Of a DNA stretch of 64,000 nucleotides, positions 25,868 to 38,292 are shown piece after piece. How positions within the stretch are numbered: position 1 is the stretch's first letter; each line of letters begins with the position of its first letter. The position numbers and the translations under genes were made by a program. The notes under the pieces were generated by a model. The model had not been told where the DNA came from and ran no database searches. It saw only the letters and a list, made by a program, of their open reading frames with translations. This DNA is from Rhynchopus sp. YZ270_cl-10 (lineage: Eukaryota): positions 1,736,001 through 1,800,000 of the forward strand of contig OZ037833.1 of the NCBI GenBank assembly GCA_964035575.1. The letters run 5' to 3'.

Positions 25868-26434
25868 CTATTCCTCGTCGTCACCTCCACCTCCGCCTCC
25901 AGACTTCCTGGAGCGCTTGACACGGCCAGGTCCTCCAGATCCGAGGGACGAGTTGGGCGCAAGGTCGATGTGCTTCTCGGAGTCGGTACGCACCCAGAAG
26001 GAGGGCACGGTGACCATCTGCTTGCCGACGCAGATGTGACGCTGGCGGATCAGGACACGTGCGTGGTGGATGGACTTGGCCAGACCGTGCTTGTACACGA
26101 GGGTCTGGAGGCGGCGCTCCAAGAAGTCCTGGAGGGTGAGTCCAAGCACGTAGTCAAGCTTCATGTGCTCGGTGTCCAGAAGGCCGTAACGGTTGCAGCG
26201 GCGGAGAAGGGCACCTCCCTCGAGGACACGGCGCTCAGAGTCGGCGTCAAGGGTCAGCAGACCACGCGCACACTTGCGCATCTTCGCCAGGGTGAGTGCC
26301 ACACGCCACACCTCACGCTTGCAACGAAGCCCGTAGTCACCAACAAGCTTCAGCTCCTTGTCCAGCCTCTCCTTCTCGAATGGACGACGGGGGTTCTTGT
26401 AGACCTTCCCGAACTCACGGTATTTACGGACCAT
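25868..26434 (-). CDS. RPS9: 40S ribosomal protein S9 (uS4), copy 1
   Basis: Protein identical to the 25103-25669 copy; only a few synonymous differences. Confidence 0.97.
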   Translation of the reverse strand: MVRKYREFGKVYKNPRRPFEKERLDKELKLVGDYGLRCKREVWRVALTLAKMRKCARGLLTLDADSERRVLEGGALLRRCNRYGLLDTEHMKLDYVLGLTLQDFLERRLQTLVYKHGLAKSIHHARVLIRQRHICVGKQMVTVPSFWVRTDSEKHIDLAPNSSLGSGGPGRVKRSRKSGGGGGGDDEE

Positions 26435-26686
26435 TTTGAGCTAATAGACACAAATCTGGATGGGTGTGTGTTTTGGGTGGATTCAAAAAAACGGAAAATA
26501 CAGGGTTGTCAAAAAAAACTGCCTTTTTTTTCTACTTTTTTTTCGTTTCTTTTGCCCTCCCCTCTCTCCGTCCACTACAGTACGGCGAGGGGGGGATTTT
26601 TCAAAATACAAGCGCCGAAAAGCACTTCCACCCCCACCACCCCCACCCCCACCACCCCCACCACCCCCACCCCCACCCCGCCCGAC

Positions 26687-27438
26687 TCACTCCTCCTCCG
26701 CCACCTGGGATCGCCCGAACGCGGTGTTCGACTCTATTCGGAGGATCACATCGTTGAGCTGTTCTTCCAGTTTTTGCTTTGCGATTTGGAGGTGTTGCCG
26801 CTCTTCGTCTGTGGTGGCTGTTGGGAGTGCCTTTCTGCAGTGTTCGATGTCTGTACGGAGGTCGGAGACTCTGTAGGAGAAGAGGGCCATCTCGTTTTCG
26901 GAGACGGTGGAGAACTGTGAGGCACGTCCCCCATTTGTTGTGTCGTCTGTGGTGACGCGGGCTCGCTTTGCGGCAGGGGCAGGACCGAGGGGAGGACGCC
27001 CGTCGTCCTCGGTACCGTCGCTGTCCTCGCACATCGCATCCATTTGTGTTGCAGCTGCCGCATCGCGAGCCCGCTTCCCGCCCTTCAGCACACACAGCAC
27101 ATCAGGGCTCAGTAGCGCAGATGTCCGCTCCGCATCTACACGCGCCGCCCCAATGCGCAATGCAGCTGTCAAATCGGTCAAGAAGTGTTCATCCTCTGCA
27201 CCGGGGCGTGGTCCGCACACCATCTGATAGGGTGTGTGTGTGGGCAATGAGAAGGTGAGAGCAAAGGGGGAAGAGTAAAAAATAATACCATCGCAGCGCG
27301 GATGCTATGGTGGCATGCATTCACCTCCCGTCGGCGCAGCGCCTTGAACAACGCTCCGTCCGACATGCTACCTGCATCACGTGGCCCTGCGGGCATATGC
27401 CTTGAAGGTGAGGGTACTGGGTCGGGATCCAGTTCCAT
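26687..27438 (-). CDS. Hypothetical protein with C-terminal coiled coil, 2 exons
   Basis: Exons 27438-27289 and 27223-26687 join in phase 0 across a GTATTA..CAG intron. Composition is coding-like; no family recognised. Confidence 0.55.
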
Positions 27439-29182
27439 AGTGTTCAATGCGTTATGGTGTACAGATTTTTGTGTGTTTTGCTGAAAGAGTGAACAGTATT
27501 ATGCCAGAGATTATGTTTAAAATTGCCTTTTTTTTCTGTCGTGATGATACACAACTTTGTGGAATGTGGGGATCGAGGGGATTGAGGGAAAACAATCAAC
27601 TTCCAGAAGGCAGACACAACACAATCATGAGAACTGCGACCAGCTCATAGGTGCCCTGTGAGAGCCTTCATCATTCTTGCATTCCTTGTAGAAACGGGTG
27701 GGGTGGCGGCTTGGGGTGATGCTGTGTACGTCTTCCTTCCTCTTCAATGGAATGTCCCGTGAGTGGGCGCAGAAGAAAAGAAAAGAGAAAATGGACCACA
27801 GCAACACACCAACGGCAACAAAAAAAAGAAGAAAAAAGGGGAAGGGGAAGAAAAGGGCACAACGTGCAATGGAAAAGATTTACCTGAGATGGCTTGCATT
27901 CCGTTGGAGAACGAAAGCTCGAACTACACAACGCAATGCTACACTTCGGGTAAGTTCTTTTGTGACAAACAACACTTACAAAAAAAACACACACACAAAA
28001 ATGTCCCCCAAAAAAGGGCACAAACAAAATAGGGATATGGTTACGCACAAAGAAAATCGGCTGTGTTGCCCCCCCTGTTGTTCTGTGTCTTCGCACTGCT
28101 GCGTAGACACGCTCTTTGCAGGGACAACGGAAAGAAAGAAAAGCTGATAAAAAATAAACCTAAGCGTTGTTGTGCTTAGTCACCCTATAGACCCGATAAC
28201 AAGGTTGTAAGGTGAGGGGTGGAAAATCAAAATTGCAACATCAACACCTCACGTGCACAATTCTTCCCCTGGCCTCTTTTTAACAAGACAGCCCCTAGAA
28301 GAAAAAAAAGTGCACAGTTACGGTTTCAGCGCAATGAAAACAGAGAACATACGCATTTCATGTTGATTCATGAGCGTAAAACCCTCTGTTGCAAACACAT
28401 AGCGCCGTTGTCACTATTTTCGCATTCGCAATAGCGAACGCGTGGGTAAGGGGTAGTTGTAGCCATAGACACTACGAGGTGGAGGTCTTCACTCTCCACA
28501 GCGGTGTACACCTAAGGCAGCCAACGTGAACAAAACGTTCTCAAGGGAAATGCAAAAGAGGCACGTTACGTCTGCGACGCTCGTACAAACATCCGCAAGA
28601 AAACAGAAAGGGGGTAAAAGGGAGTGCAGATGACGAGCAGACCCACTCAGTGAAGTGTTGCGACACACAACACATACATAACCTGGGTTGTATACCTACG
28701 ATTATGTTTAAAGAGTGGGGCCCGTCTTTCTAGTTGTGCAATAGTAGTTTTTTTTTAGGGAAATCGCAAATGGAAAAAACAAAAAAAAAAAAACAAAAAA
28801 AAACGAAGTGAAAAGCTGGTAAGATGTGCCCAAGCGTAAAGAGTACTTAAGTCACAAAATAGAAATCAATTTCAAAATAGTGTCAAAATGAACGACCCAT
28901 CCTGTGGAATCGCTCAGGGTTTTTGTGCATAGGATTCATAGGTGGGGGAAGGGTAAACAAACGCGTGAAATATAGGAGAGGGGCGGCTAGAGATCGAAGG
29001 TGAACATGTGGTCACAACAAAGAAATACGTACGATAAAAAAAAGAGACCTCCTTTGTGTGCTGCCAGGGCTGGCAGAATGCTATCTCGCCACCCCTGTTT
29101 TTGTAGAAATATAATTTGACTTGAAGTACAAAGCCCTCTCGTGGCAGTGTACCTTCATATAAAGAAATGATGTGGATGGCTT

Positions 29183-32100
29183 TCAGACCTCGTCAAGGAT
29201 CTCCGAGTCCAGCCCGCACTGCTTCGACAGCAACGTGGCCTCGATACCCGAGGACAGAGCCCCCTGTGCCGCTGCAAGAGAGAGCTTGTAGTCCGCAAGG
29301 GTCGCCATGTTGAAGGCCGCCCCGCTCACCGTCGTGCGCTGCGTGCCCGCCACTCCCCCGCAAGGCCCCGCCAGAACGTCGACGTCGGAGGCAAGGTCCC
29401 CTGTCGTGCTTGTCTGGCCAACAGGGAGTGTGAGGGCCACGTTCAACACCGACGGCTGCGGCACGGTCGTCCCGTCCGCAAGCCCGGCAAGGGCAGGGTT
29501 CTTTGTCTTTGAGGATGTGACGGCATCGTCCTTTCTCTTCATCACAATCAGGTCGTCCTCCACCTGCTTCGCTGCATCTGCAATCTCCTGCATGCACGCC
29601 TTGTCCGGGAAACGGCTCCCATACTTCGCACTCCCGCACGTCTTGAAGGCAGGTGTGCAGACCCCCGGCGTGCACACAACCGGGGTGCATACCTTCGGGG
29701 TGCATACTTGCGGTGTGCACGTCTTCTTGCACTTCTTGAACCCACAGCACCCGACGCACACCTTCGTGCAGTCGCCCCCTGTGCACTTGGCCGCAGTGCA
29801 GTCGCCACCCGTGCATGTCTGCGGTGCACACGCCTCGGGCGTCATGAAGCACTCGTAGTACTTGATTTTCTTCCATCTGCAGCCATACTCGTTCTCCCCT
29901 TCGCCTGCGTCCACCTCCGTGTGGCCCTCTGTCCCAGACAGCCCGAATGCCCCGGCGAGGTTGAAGGTCGCGTCCCCGAGCGAACTGAAGTCCCCGTTCG
30001 CGAAGTCCTTCGACAGCGACACCAGGTCGCTCAGGCTCGCCTGGCTCAGCGCATTCGCAATGTTGTTCAGCACCGTCCTCATGTCCGAGAGGAAGTCCCC
30101 GATCACACTCACCATGCGGTTCAGCGGTGCCTGGTTGAACTGGTTCTTCACACTCGTCCACGCCGACGACACCTGTCCACTCACACCGTTCCACACACCC
30201 ACTGCAGTTGACGCCACCGCCTTCGCCCCGTCCACAACAGCCGCAATCACCACCGTCGGGTCCAGGTCCGAGGACACAGAGATGGCGAACTCTGAGTTCA
30301 GGAAATTGTTTGTGTTGATCTGCGCAGTCCCGGAAATCGTGTTCTGCACACCCAGCACAGCCACACCGAGTGAGAAGGCAATCGTGTCCCCCTGCACAGA
30401 CAGCGTCGTCTGCACGTTCACAGCGAAGAGCACCGAGATGTCGCTGTTGAAGATGGCGTACGGGACCGGTGCTGCCGTGTCGTACTCAAACAGCACCTGC
30501 TTCACCTTCACCACCCCGTACAAGAAGTTCATGTCCGACAGACTCATGTGGAAGGACGTGAAGTCCCACGGGAAGTACACCTCCGCCGTAGACGTCAGTG
30601 CCCCGTCGAACAGGTTCATCTCCCCTGCGAAGTGCAGCTTCTCCGAGTCCACAATCAGCAGCAGCGCACCGTACGACCGCAGGAGCGGGATGTCAAACGC
30701 CCCCTGGATGTTCACCTCTGCGGCTGGAGGGGCAATGTTCAGGTCCACCAGGAACCGTGCCCCACCTGCTGCCTCCTTCGCAGCGTTCAGGTGCGACCCG
30801 ATCCGGATGAAGTCGACGTCGCCAAACTTAAGCGCAATGTGGTCCATCGTTGCGTTCACGTAGAACTGCGTCGGGCTCACCGCCACCTCCGCCGCCATCT
30901 CCCACCCGATGAAGTTCAGGCGCCCTGAAAACGCAAGCCCCTTCGGCACAACCAGCGTCGACAGTCCCAGCTCCAAGGTCTGCTCCTTCAGCGGGCTGAA
31001 GGACATGTACGCAAAGCAGTCCTTGTTGATCTCCGTCACGCCTGCGTCCGCCGCAGGTGCAACGCAGTTCGCCTCGTGGTCCTTGTCAAACGGGTACAGG
31101 CCCGACTCCGCAAACTGCGGCGGGAGTGCCTTCTGGATGTTCTCCAGCGTCGACGTCACCTCAGACACGTCCACCCCCAGGGCCTCGAACGCTGCCTCTG
31201 CCGCAGCAAGCCCCGCCTCCGACGCTTCCCCGGTGAGCAGCACCAGCCACGGCACCTCCGCCGAAACAAAGTCTGCAATCGCCCCAATTGTCAGCTCCGA
31301 TACCATCACCACAAAGAAGTTGTCCTCCGGGAGCGTCGCACTCAGCCCGATGTACGCCCTCGCCTCCACGTACGGCTGCACCTGGTCCACACAGTTGTCC
31401 TGGCGCCCGATGCACGCAGCCGCCCCCAGCACCAGCCCGGTCGGGAGGGGCGACTTCAGGTCCCAGTCCATCCCGAGCACCATGTCCCCGAGGTGGATGA
31501 ACGGGATCTCAAAGGACTCGTACCACCACCCCGCAGCGACGATCGATCCACGCAGGATCTGTGCCGTCGGCGTCACAATGATCGACAGGTCGCCGTTGAA
31601 GTAGATGTCCTTCCGCTTCTCCGAGTCGTTGCAGTCGTCCACGCACACAATGAACGGGAACGTCATCCCAAGCTCCTGCCGGGGCGGCGCCGTGCTCCCA
31701 ATCGCATCCACAATGTACCGCATGTACGTCGAGGCCCCGTACGTCCCCGTCGCGTCCGACACGCGGAAGGCCTGCGAATCGTCCGTGTCCGCCTCCGTCC
31801 CCACACGCAGCTCCAGCTCCAGCACCCCAGAGTATGCCAGCGATGCCGAAGCCCCCAGCTGGATCTCCTCCACCATGTCCTTCAGCAGCGACACAAAGGC
31901 GCTCCCCGTCGTCTCGGGCAGAAGCGGACTCCCGACCGCAGCCAGCTTGATCCCGTCCGTCGTTACGCCAAAGCTCAGCGTCGTGTCCTGGATCCCCAGG
32001 GACAGCACAGTCTTCATGATGTCGCTCTCCATCATCGTCTCCCCGACACTCGCAAGCTCCCCGGCCGTGATCAGGTGCGCCAGGCTCCCCACCGTGAGCG

Positions 32101-34045
32101 TCTCCACAGACACGCTTGCCTCCACCCCGTTGCACGTCGCCGGCTGGCCCACCCGCCCCACACCGATGATCGAGTCCAGCGAGCTGTTTGTGGGGCCGCA
32201 GTTCCCGGCGCAGAACGGCATCAGAATCTCCCCCTTCGTCACGATGTTTGTTGCCTGCTTCAGGAAGGTGACCAGGTCCGACGCAGCGTCGCTCTGTGCC
32301 TCGGCGTCCCGTCCCTGCCCCTTCGCCTCCGCCTGCTGCGCCTCAGCGTGCTGTGCCGCAGCCTGCTGCGTCTCAGACGCCGTATCCGCCCCCGGGCAGT
32401 CCTTGCTCGCATACTTCAAGCTCACCCCGTCGCTCGAGTCCTCGAGTGTGATCGACTCCGCAAACCCAATCCCGTCAAAGCTCTGCAGCAGCGTCACAAA
32501 GTCGCTCTGCTTCGCCACCAGGTCCTGTGGGAACACCTCCTTCAGCGACATGATCTTGTCCACATTCGAGAGGGCCAGCTTGCTCGCCTCCTTCTTCGGG
32601 CTTGCTGAAGGCGCGTCCTCCGTAGGGGCGAGCGTCACACCGAAACCCCCGAACGCCACCCCTCCCCACCACTTCGCCGACGTCATGTCCGGCTCCCCGA
32701 GGCACTGGTAGTGCGGGTGCCCGAGGATCACGTGGATGTCCTGGATCCCGTACTTCTCTTTCAGGAACTCGTTCGAAATCGCCACCACAAACGAAAACCC
32801 GCTGAAGGAGCTTGCCTCCTTGAACCAGTCCAGCGACACCCCGACCGAGTCCCCCACCTTCGACCAAAACCCCTCCTTCGTAGGCGTCGGCGTTGTCTCT
32901 GCAAGCACGCTCGCCCGTCTTTTCAAGACCTCGTCAACGCAAGTGTTCGACAGATCACATTCCTCCCCAATGCCGCACTCACTGTCCTCTGTGCACGCAA
33001 CCCCGCACAGACCAGACGGACGGCACGTCTCCCCAGCAACCGTGCAGTCCAGATCCTGCGTGCATCCAGCGGATGCGGCCTCGACACACAGCCCGTCTAC
33101 GCAGGTCTCCGTCACAGAGCAGTCCGAGTCGCCTGTGCACAGGGTCCCGTGTTCCGGCACACACTCTCCGTTCAGGCACGTCTCCCCCACAATCGGACAG
33201 TCGGTGGGGCCTGTGCAGGAGTTGACGTAGCAACGCCCGTTCTCACACACCTCGTTCGGCCCGCACGTCGACGCGCCGTCTGCGTCACACGTCTTCACAC
33301 ACTTCTGGCTCTCGCACACCGCCGCCGCCCGCAGACTCGACGTGCACTCGTCATCGGTGAGGCACTCCTTCTGTCCCTTCGAGAACCCAAACGAGAGTCC
33401 GACACCAATCCCAGTGAAGAGCTCTGGCTGGGCCGTGTTGATACCAAAGCTGACCCCGCCCCCGACCTGGAACGCTGCCTTCCAGTTTGTTGTCAGCTGG
33501 ATCGGCACCTCGGGCAACGACACCCCCAGAGTCGCCGTGAAGAGTGGCCTCGCAAACGCCGCAGCCGCCGCATTCGCCGTTCTGTTCTTCGCCTTCGCCT
33601 CCTGCTTCCGCAGGAACGTCTCCTTTGCCTGCAAGAACGCAGCCTCACGTCTCGCCTCCCCCGTCTCCTGGCTGCACACACCACTCAGCATGTCCAGCGC
33701 AGGCGCCAGCTGGTCAAGCACCATCTCAACCCCGTCAAACGCCTCCCCGGATTCAAAGTACGCCGTCATGTCCGAGAGACCGACCTCAATCTTGTCCTTC
33801 AGGTCCGCCAGAACCTGCGCGTCCTTGAACGCCGACTCGAACGCGTCCGTGATCCCCAGATTCTCCATCTTCTTCTCTGCGAGGTTCATCACTGAGTTCA
33901 CAACAGTCCCCCTGAAGCCGTCGAGGGCATTCTCCAGGCCGTCTCCGAGCACGCCCAGCGTCAGCGGTTCGCCTGTTGTTGCTTCCTCCTCACACCGCAC
34001 GCCTGCCAGCAGCAGAAGCAGCACACACAGCCGGTCCCACACCAT
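29183..34045 (-). CDS. Large secreted Cys-rich protein (1620 aa), intronless
   Basis: Signal-peptide-like MVWDRLCVLLLLLAGVRC. About six CxxDxxC..ETC..G.C repeats, a long beta-rich middle, and C-terminal (VCTP)n repeats. Strong G/C third-position bias. Confidence 0.85.
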   Translation of the reverse strand: MVWDRLCVLLLLLAGVRCEEEATTGEPLTLGVLGDGLENALDGFRGTVVNSVMNLAEKKMENLGITDAFESAFKDAQVLADLKDKIEVGLSDMTAYFESGEAFDGVEMVLDQLAPALDMLSGVCSQETGEARREAAFLQAKETFLRKQEAKAKNRTANAAAAAFARPLFTATLGVSLPEVPIQLTTNWKAAFQVGGGVSFGINTAQPELFTGIGVGLSFGFSKGQKECLTDDECTSSLRAAAVCESQKCVKTCDADGASTCGPNEVCENGRCYVNSCTGPTDCPIVGETCLNGECVPEHGTLCTGDSDCSVTETCVDGLCVEAASAGCTQDLDCTVAGETCRPSGLCGVACTEDSECGIGEECDLSNTCVDEVLKRRASVLAETTPTPTKEGFWSKVGDSVGVSLDWFKEASSFSGFSFVVAISNEFLKEKYGIQDIHVILGHPHYQCLGEPDMTSAKWWGGVAFGGFGVTLAPTEDAPSASPKKEASKLALSNVDKIMSLKEVFPQDLVAKQSDFVTLLQSFDGIGFAESITLEDSSDGVSLKYASKDCPGADTASETQQAAAQHAEAQQAEAKGQGRDAEAQSDAASDLVTFLKQATNIVTKGEILMPFCAGNCGPTNSSLDSIIGVGRVGQPATCNGVEASVSVETLTVGSLAHLITAGELASVGETMMESDIMKTVLSLGIQDTTLSFGVTTDGIKLAAVGSPLLPETTGSAFVSLLKDMVEEIQLGASASLAYSGVLELELRVGTEADTDDSQAFRVSDATGTYGASTYMRYIVDAIGSTAPPRQELGMTFPFIVCVDDCNDSEKRKDIYFNGDLSIIVTPTAQILRGSIVAAGWWYESFEIPFIHLGDMVLGMDWDLKSPLPTGLVLGAAACIGRQDNCVDQVQPYVEARAYIGLSATLPEDNFFVVMVSELTIGAIADFVSAEVPWLVLLTGEASEAGLAAAEAAFEALGVDVSEVTSTLENIQKALPPQFAESGLYPFDKDHEANCVAPAADAGVTEINKDCFAYMSFSPLKEQTLELGLSTLVVPKGLAFSGRLNFIGWEMAAEVAVSPTQFYVNATMDHIALKFGDVDFIRIGSHLNAAKEAAGGARFLVDLNIAPPAAEVNIQGAFDIPLLRSYGALLLIVDSEKLHFAGEMNLFDGALTSTAEVYFPWDFTSFHMSLSDMNFLYGVVKVKQVLFEYDTAAPVPYAIFNSDISVLFAVNVQTTLSVQGDTIAFSLGVAVLGVQNTISGTAQINTNNFLNSEFAISVSSDLDPTVVIAAVVDGAKAVASTAVGVWNGVSGQVSSAWTSVKNQFNQAPLNRMVSVIGDFLSDMRTVLNNIANALSQASLSDLVSLSKDFANGDFSSLGDATFNLAGAFGLSGTEGHTEVDAGEGENEYGCRWKKIKYYECFMTPEACAPQTCTGGDCTAAKCTGGDCTKVCVGCCGFKKCKKTCTPQVCTPKVCTPVVCTPGVCTPAFKTCGSAKYGSRFPDKACMQEIADAAKQVEDDLIVMKRKDDAVTSSKTKNPALAGLADGTTVPQPSVLNVALTLPVGQTSTTGDLASDVDVLAGPCGGVAGTQRTTVSGAAFNMATLADYKLSLAAAQGALSSGIEATLLSKQCGLDSEILDEV

Positions 34046-35578
34046 TGTTCTGGGTTCTTCTTTTTCTGAGTATTCTCTCTTTTTTGTGTTATCTGTTAGG
34101 TGTTAAAACGCTTCAAAAATACATTGCCTTCATTCTACACGACACGACAATAAAGCAGAAGACTCACCTCCCCTGCCTTCAATCATCAGGCGAATGGGCG
34201 TCCATACCTCCCAGGAACCGGGTGAGATAGGCTCGGTCATTTGTTCGTGAACAACTCTCACACCGATATAGGAGTCAAACAGAATACAACCCCACTGCGC
34301 TGATAGTAGACCCCTCTGGAAAGCAGAGAAAAAAAAAACAATGGCAAAAGGTAACTGGGGGTTGGGGGTTGTGTGTACAATTTCCGTAGTAAGGGAGGGG
34401 TTTTGTGAGGGGAAGTCACAAGACATAGACATATAAAAAAAAGCAAACAAAAATGGAACTTCCATCTGACGGAATGGAGAAAGGCATTTTAGTAAGGGTA
34501 CGTGTTTGGTGGTAGACAAACAAAAGAAGGGGGGGAGAGTTTGCTCAATAAATGAAACTTAGAGTCATATGCTTTCAGTTCACAGAATTGAAAGTATTTG
34601 AGAGGGTCAACACATGCACCAAATGAAACTTTGAAATACAAAGCCCTCTCGTGGCAGTGTACTTAAATAGAGGGGGGTACCCATGTGTTCCAAGGAACCG
34701 ATTCTTTACACGTGTTATGGGGGAAAAAAGAGAAGTTGAGAGTGCAAACGCCTCACCGGACGCAGTCACTGAATTTCTGCAACGCAAAATATAAAAGAAA
34801 AAGTCGAGCCGTCGAGTCTGTTCGTTTACCTACCTAACGAAAAAGACGAAAAGAAAAAAAGAAAGAACTGAACTTAATAGATGAATGCGCCGCAGAGGGA
34901 CGCACACATCTTCAGAAAGAAACGACCAGAGGAAAGATGAGTCAGTCTATTGGCTTGATCCTCGCGAACCACAGTTATATTTTTATCGCTGCAAAAGAAA
35001 AATAAAAAATCCCACAGCTTTGAAGTTTGTTTTGCAAAATAAAGTGAAGTAGATCGTGCTGACACTTACTCGTATGCAGACACGAAAATAAATGGAAGAA
35101 GCCCACGAAAAGAAAGTTGAAAGTACAAACGCCCCACCTGGGGAAAAACGTCAAAACACAGACAACTGGTTCTCCAAGCTGGGTTATCAAACCCCCTCAG
35201 AGAGCACTTCATTGTAATTTAAAGAACACTCAAAAAAAGGGGAGTATTGTCACTGACAGGCACACTTTGCAACGGGCTTGGAGCGTTAGAAGCAAAACAC
35301 CGTTGTAAAGGATTGGCCTTTTCGGTTCGTTACCGTCATATTTTTCTAGGTTACGTTCTCTGCACTGTTTCCGGCCACGAGCAAGACACAAGACATCATC
35401 GTCCCCCACCCTCCCCACCCCCTACTCCGTACCCCCATTCACAAAAAAACAAAAATCTAAATTAACACCCGGGACAATCTTCTCCTGTCGGAGTTTTTCC
35501 CCCCCAAAAAAAGCCCCTTGATTACCCCACTACCCCACTTTTTGTGTACATCCAAAAATTAAAATACAAAATCATTTC

Positions 35579-38058
35579 TTAGTCAAGGTATTCCCAGGTA
35601 CGATCGTCGAAGAGGACAGGGACGCTTGCGCCTCCGAGCAACGCAAGGAAGAATAGTGTAAGAAGGAGGGTGGACCCCCAGCGTGTGAAGTGCGGGAGCC
35701 CACAGATGTTGAGGTTTTGCCGAGGCATAGGAGAGAAGCCGAGGAAGAACATCCAAAGCAGAATCCACGTAGGGAAGACAATGTTGTGTATCAACACGAT
35801 GAGCCAGTACGTTTGGCTGAAGAAGCCTGGTTTGCCATCATTTTCACGCTCATTTGTTTTGTACTCAGCGATGGCCCAAATGTACATCTGAAAAAAAAAG
35901 AAGATAATTTTTTTAAAGTTGAGGTATCATACCATCGGCACATTGTGCAAAAAGACCCGCAGCAAACAGTAGAAGAAGGAAAATCTGTACACCAAATTTG
36001 CGTGGGTCGGGCGCACCTCGAGGCTGGACATCTCCTTTGGCACCCGCTTGAGAAGCATCAGCGCCTGCGCCGGGATGATTGGGATGAGCTGGAGACGGAC
36101 CGGCCAGAGCAGAGGCATAGCCTTGCCACCTTCGCTGAAGGGCTTGTCCTTGTAGTGTGTATCCCTACAGCACCAGTAGGTGCACAAATCCCCAATAATC
36201 ACTACACTCACCGCATAGCACCCTGTAAAGAAAAGGTCAAATAAATTGGTGTGACTGAAAATGCCAAAAAATGCCAAAAAAAAAATAAAACACATACCTA
36301 ACGGCCACAGTGAGTTCACAAAGCAATAAATCACAGTCATAATGTTGACTACGTGCGACGCGAGCAGTGCGATGAAGGCGATTATCTGCAATATTTTTTA
36401 TTTTTACAATCATCTCCATTTCTTTAACATACCACTATGCAAACTTCGGTCATGTTAGGGTAGTGTTTGTACTCGACGAGAGAGGTGAGCTGGTCGTACG
36501 GGGTGCCCATATGGGAGGACGGGCAGACCTGGCGGACTGCCGTCTGCGGGAGGGGGTAGTCCTTCTCGAGGCGTGCAAGCACGATGGAGAGGTAGTCCTC
36601 TGTTGTGATGCTGCGGAGGCGGCCAGAGTCACCCAGCTCTATGGCGATGGTGTCTGTGATGCCGGCAATCTTCTTGCGGAACATCGTGCACACTGCAGGC
36701 TCATGCGCGGGAACACGCGTCAAGGGGTCTGCACCAGACGTCCGAGAGAAGACTGCAAGCCGTTCCTTCAAACGTCGGTTGTCCTCTTCCGCATTGCGCA
36801 CAGCCTCCTCCAAGGTGCTCAGCTTGCGTCCCTGAGCATCCGATGCAACCTGTGCAACAGGGCTTAGGTTCTGTGGCGAAGACTTCCCGCCGTTCCCAAC
36901 CACCGCCGTAGCATCGCCTTCGTACTGCTGGCGTAGTTCTGTGACGTTCCGTGCAGGCCCCCCCTCCTTCTCCAAAATCGCCTGCCGCTCGCTTAACTCC
37001 TGATCGAATAGCGCTTGGGCGCCCCGTTGAATCTCCTCCTCCGCCTGCGCTTCTTGTTCGGACAGCGCTTTGAACTGCTTTGCCTCCTTATCCAAAGGGT
37101 TCTCATGCACGCGATACGCGCCGTTCTCCTCTGGGTTGCGCGGGATGAATGTGTTCGGGAATTCAAGGGTGTTGTCCCACGGCCCTTTGATGGGGCCACC
37201 GCCGGCTGCCTGGCTCTTGGCGTAGCTGTCCTGGAGGAAGGCGTCCATGCTTTTCGCAGCTTCGTAGAGACCGACCAAGGAGCCGGGACCTTTGCTGTGC
37301 GTGATCATGTTGATGAGGAATTTTGGGATGGAGCCCACAGGGTCTGCGCAGGTGACGTATGTCAGTATAGACCCTGTGCGGTCGGCTGAGGGGCGGACGT
37401 AGTAACAGGTGATGAAGGAGTGGCCACGTACGATGTGCTTTTGGTGCGGCATCTTCTTGTGCGGTCGGGATTGGTTGCAGATGAGGTATTCGTTCTTTCC
37501 CATTTCTATCCAGCCGCGCTGGTTGCAGAAGTCTCTGTTGCTGATGTAGGGCAGAATCGCCTCGTAGTAGCCAATGTCGTTGTTGCGTGTGAAGCGGGTG
37601 ATGTTGTAGCCCTTCTTCATGTTTTTGTCCCAGGTGGAGCGGTAGCACTCTTCGTGCAGGACCTGGAAGATCTTTTCGGGTGAAATCGGGAACTCACCTT
37701 CGAACTTGAGTTCGTCGACCTGCGCCTTTGGGTTGATTGGGTGGCGCTGCCAGACCGCCACCTTGTATTCTTTGTGCTCCTTTGGGTGCGAGGGCTGGCC
37801 CCAGTCCCTCCCGTCACGCTCGTTGATCATATCCAACACCTCGCGGAACTTTGTCTTGCCAAGAAGAGGGTACCATTCGCCTTCATCAGCAGACTCCCAC
37901 TCAAACACAGGCGGGTCGCAGCCAGAATACGACCATCGGTACTTCCGCACCCCAAGCCCAATGTCCATTTCCACCTCCTCTGACTGCGCCACACCTATGC
38001 GGATAGGTGTCTTCGGTGGAGGGCACGGCATCGCCGGATACGTATCCTCATCTGCCAT
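35579..38058 (-). CDS. START-domain (PCTP/STARD10-like) protein with coiled coil and multi-pass TM C-terminus, 4 exons
   Basis: START motifs YRSTWDKNM, NNDIGYY, SNRDFC, VRGHS and ADPVGSIPKFLIN. Exons 38058-36433, 36385-36298, 36222-35933 and 35887-35579 join in frame via GTATG..AG introns. The last three exons encode several hydrophobic helices. Confidence 0.75.
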
Positions 38059-38292
38059 CTTTTTTTTGCAGTGCGTTGTGGTGTACTGTAGCAAAGGGAT
38101 TTCGTAAAATACTCTATAATATACTCTGGGGGAAAAAATGGGGCATTTTTTTTTTCATTTCACGTACATCTATCGGGATTGGGGGAGTGGGGTGGGGGGG
38201 GGAAGAGGATCTAATAAAATCGTATGTCATCCGCTAAAACCCCTGAAGGGATTTCTCCCCATTCTAATTCTATCCAATTTTTTTTCTTTGCT

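Noticed and set aside
26628..26682. (CCACCC)n tract and similar G/C runs as G-quadruplexes
   Set aside because: Such low-complexity runs are ubiquitous in this window.
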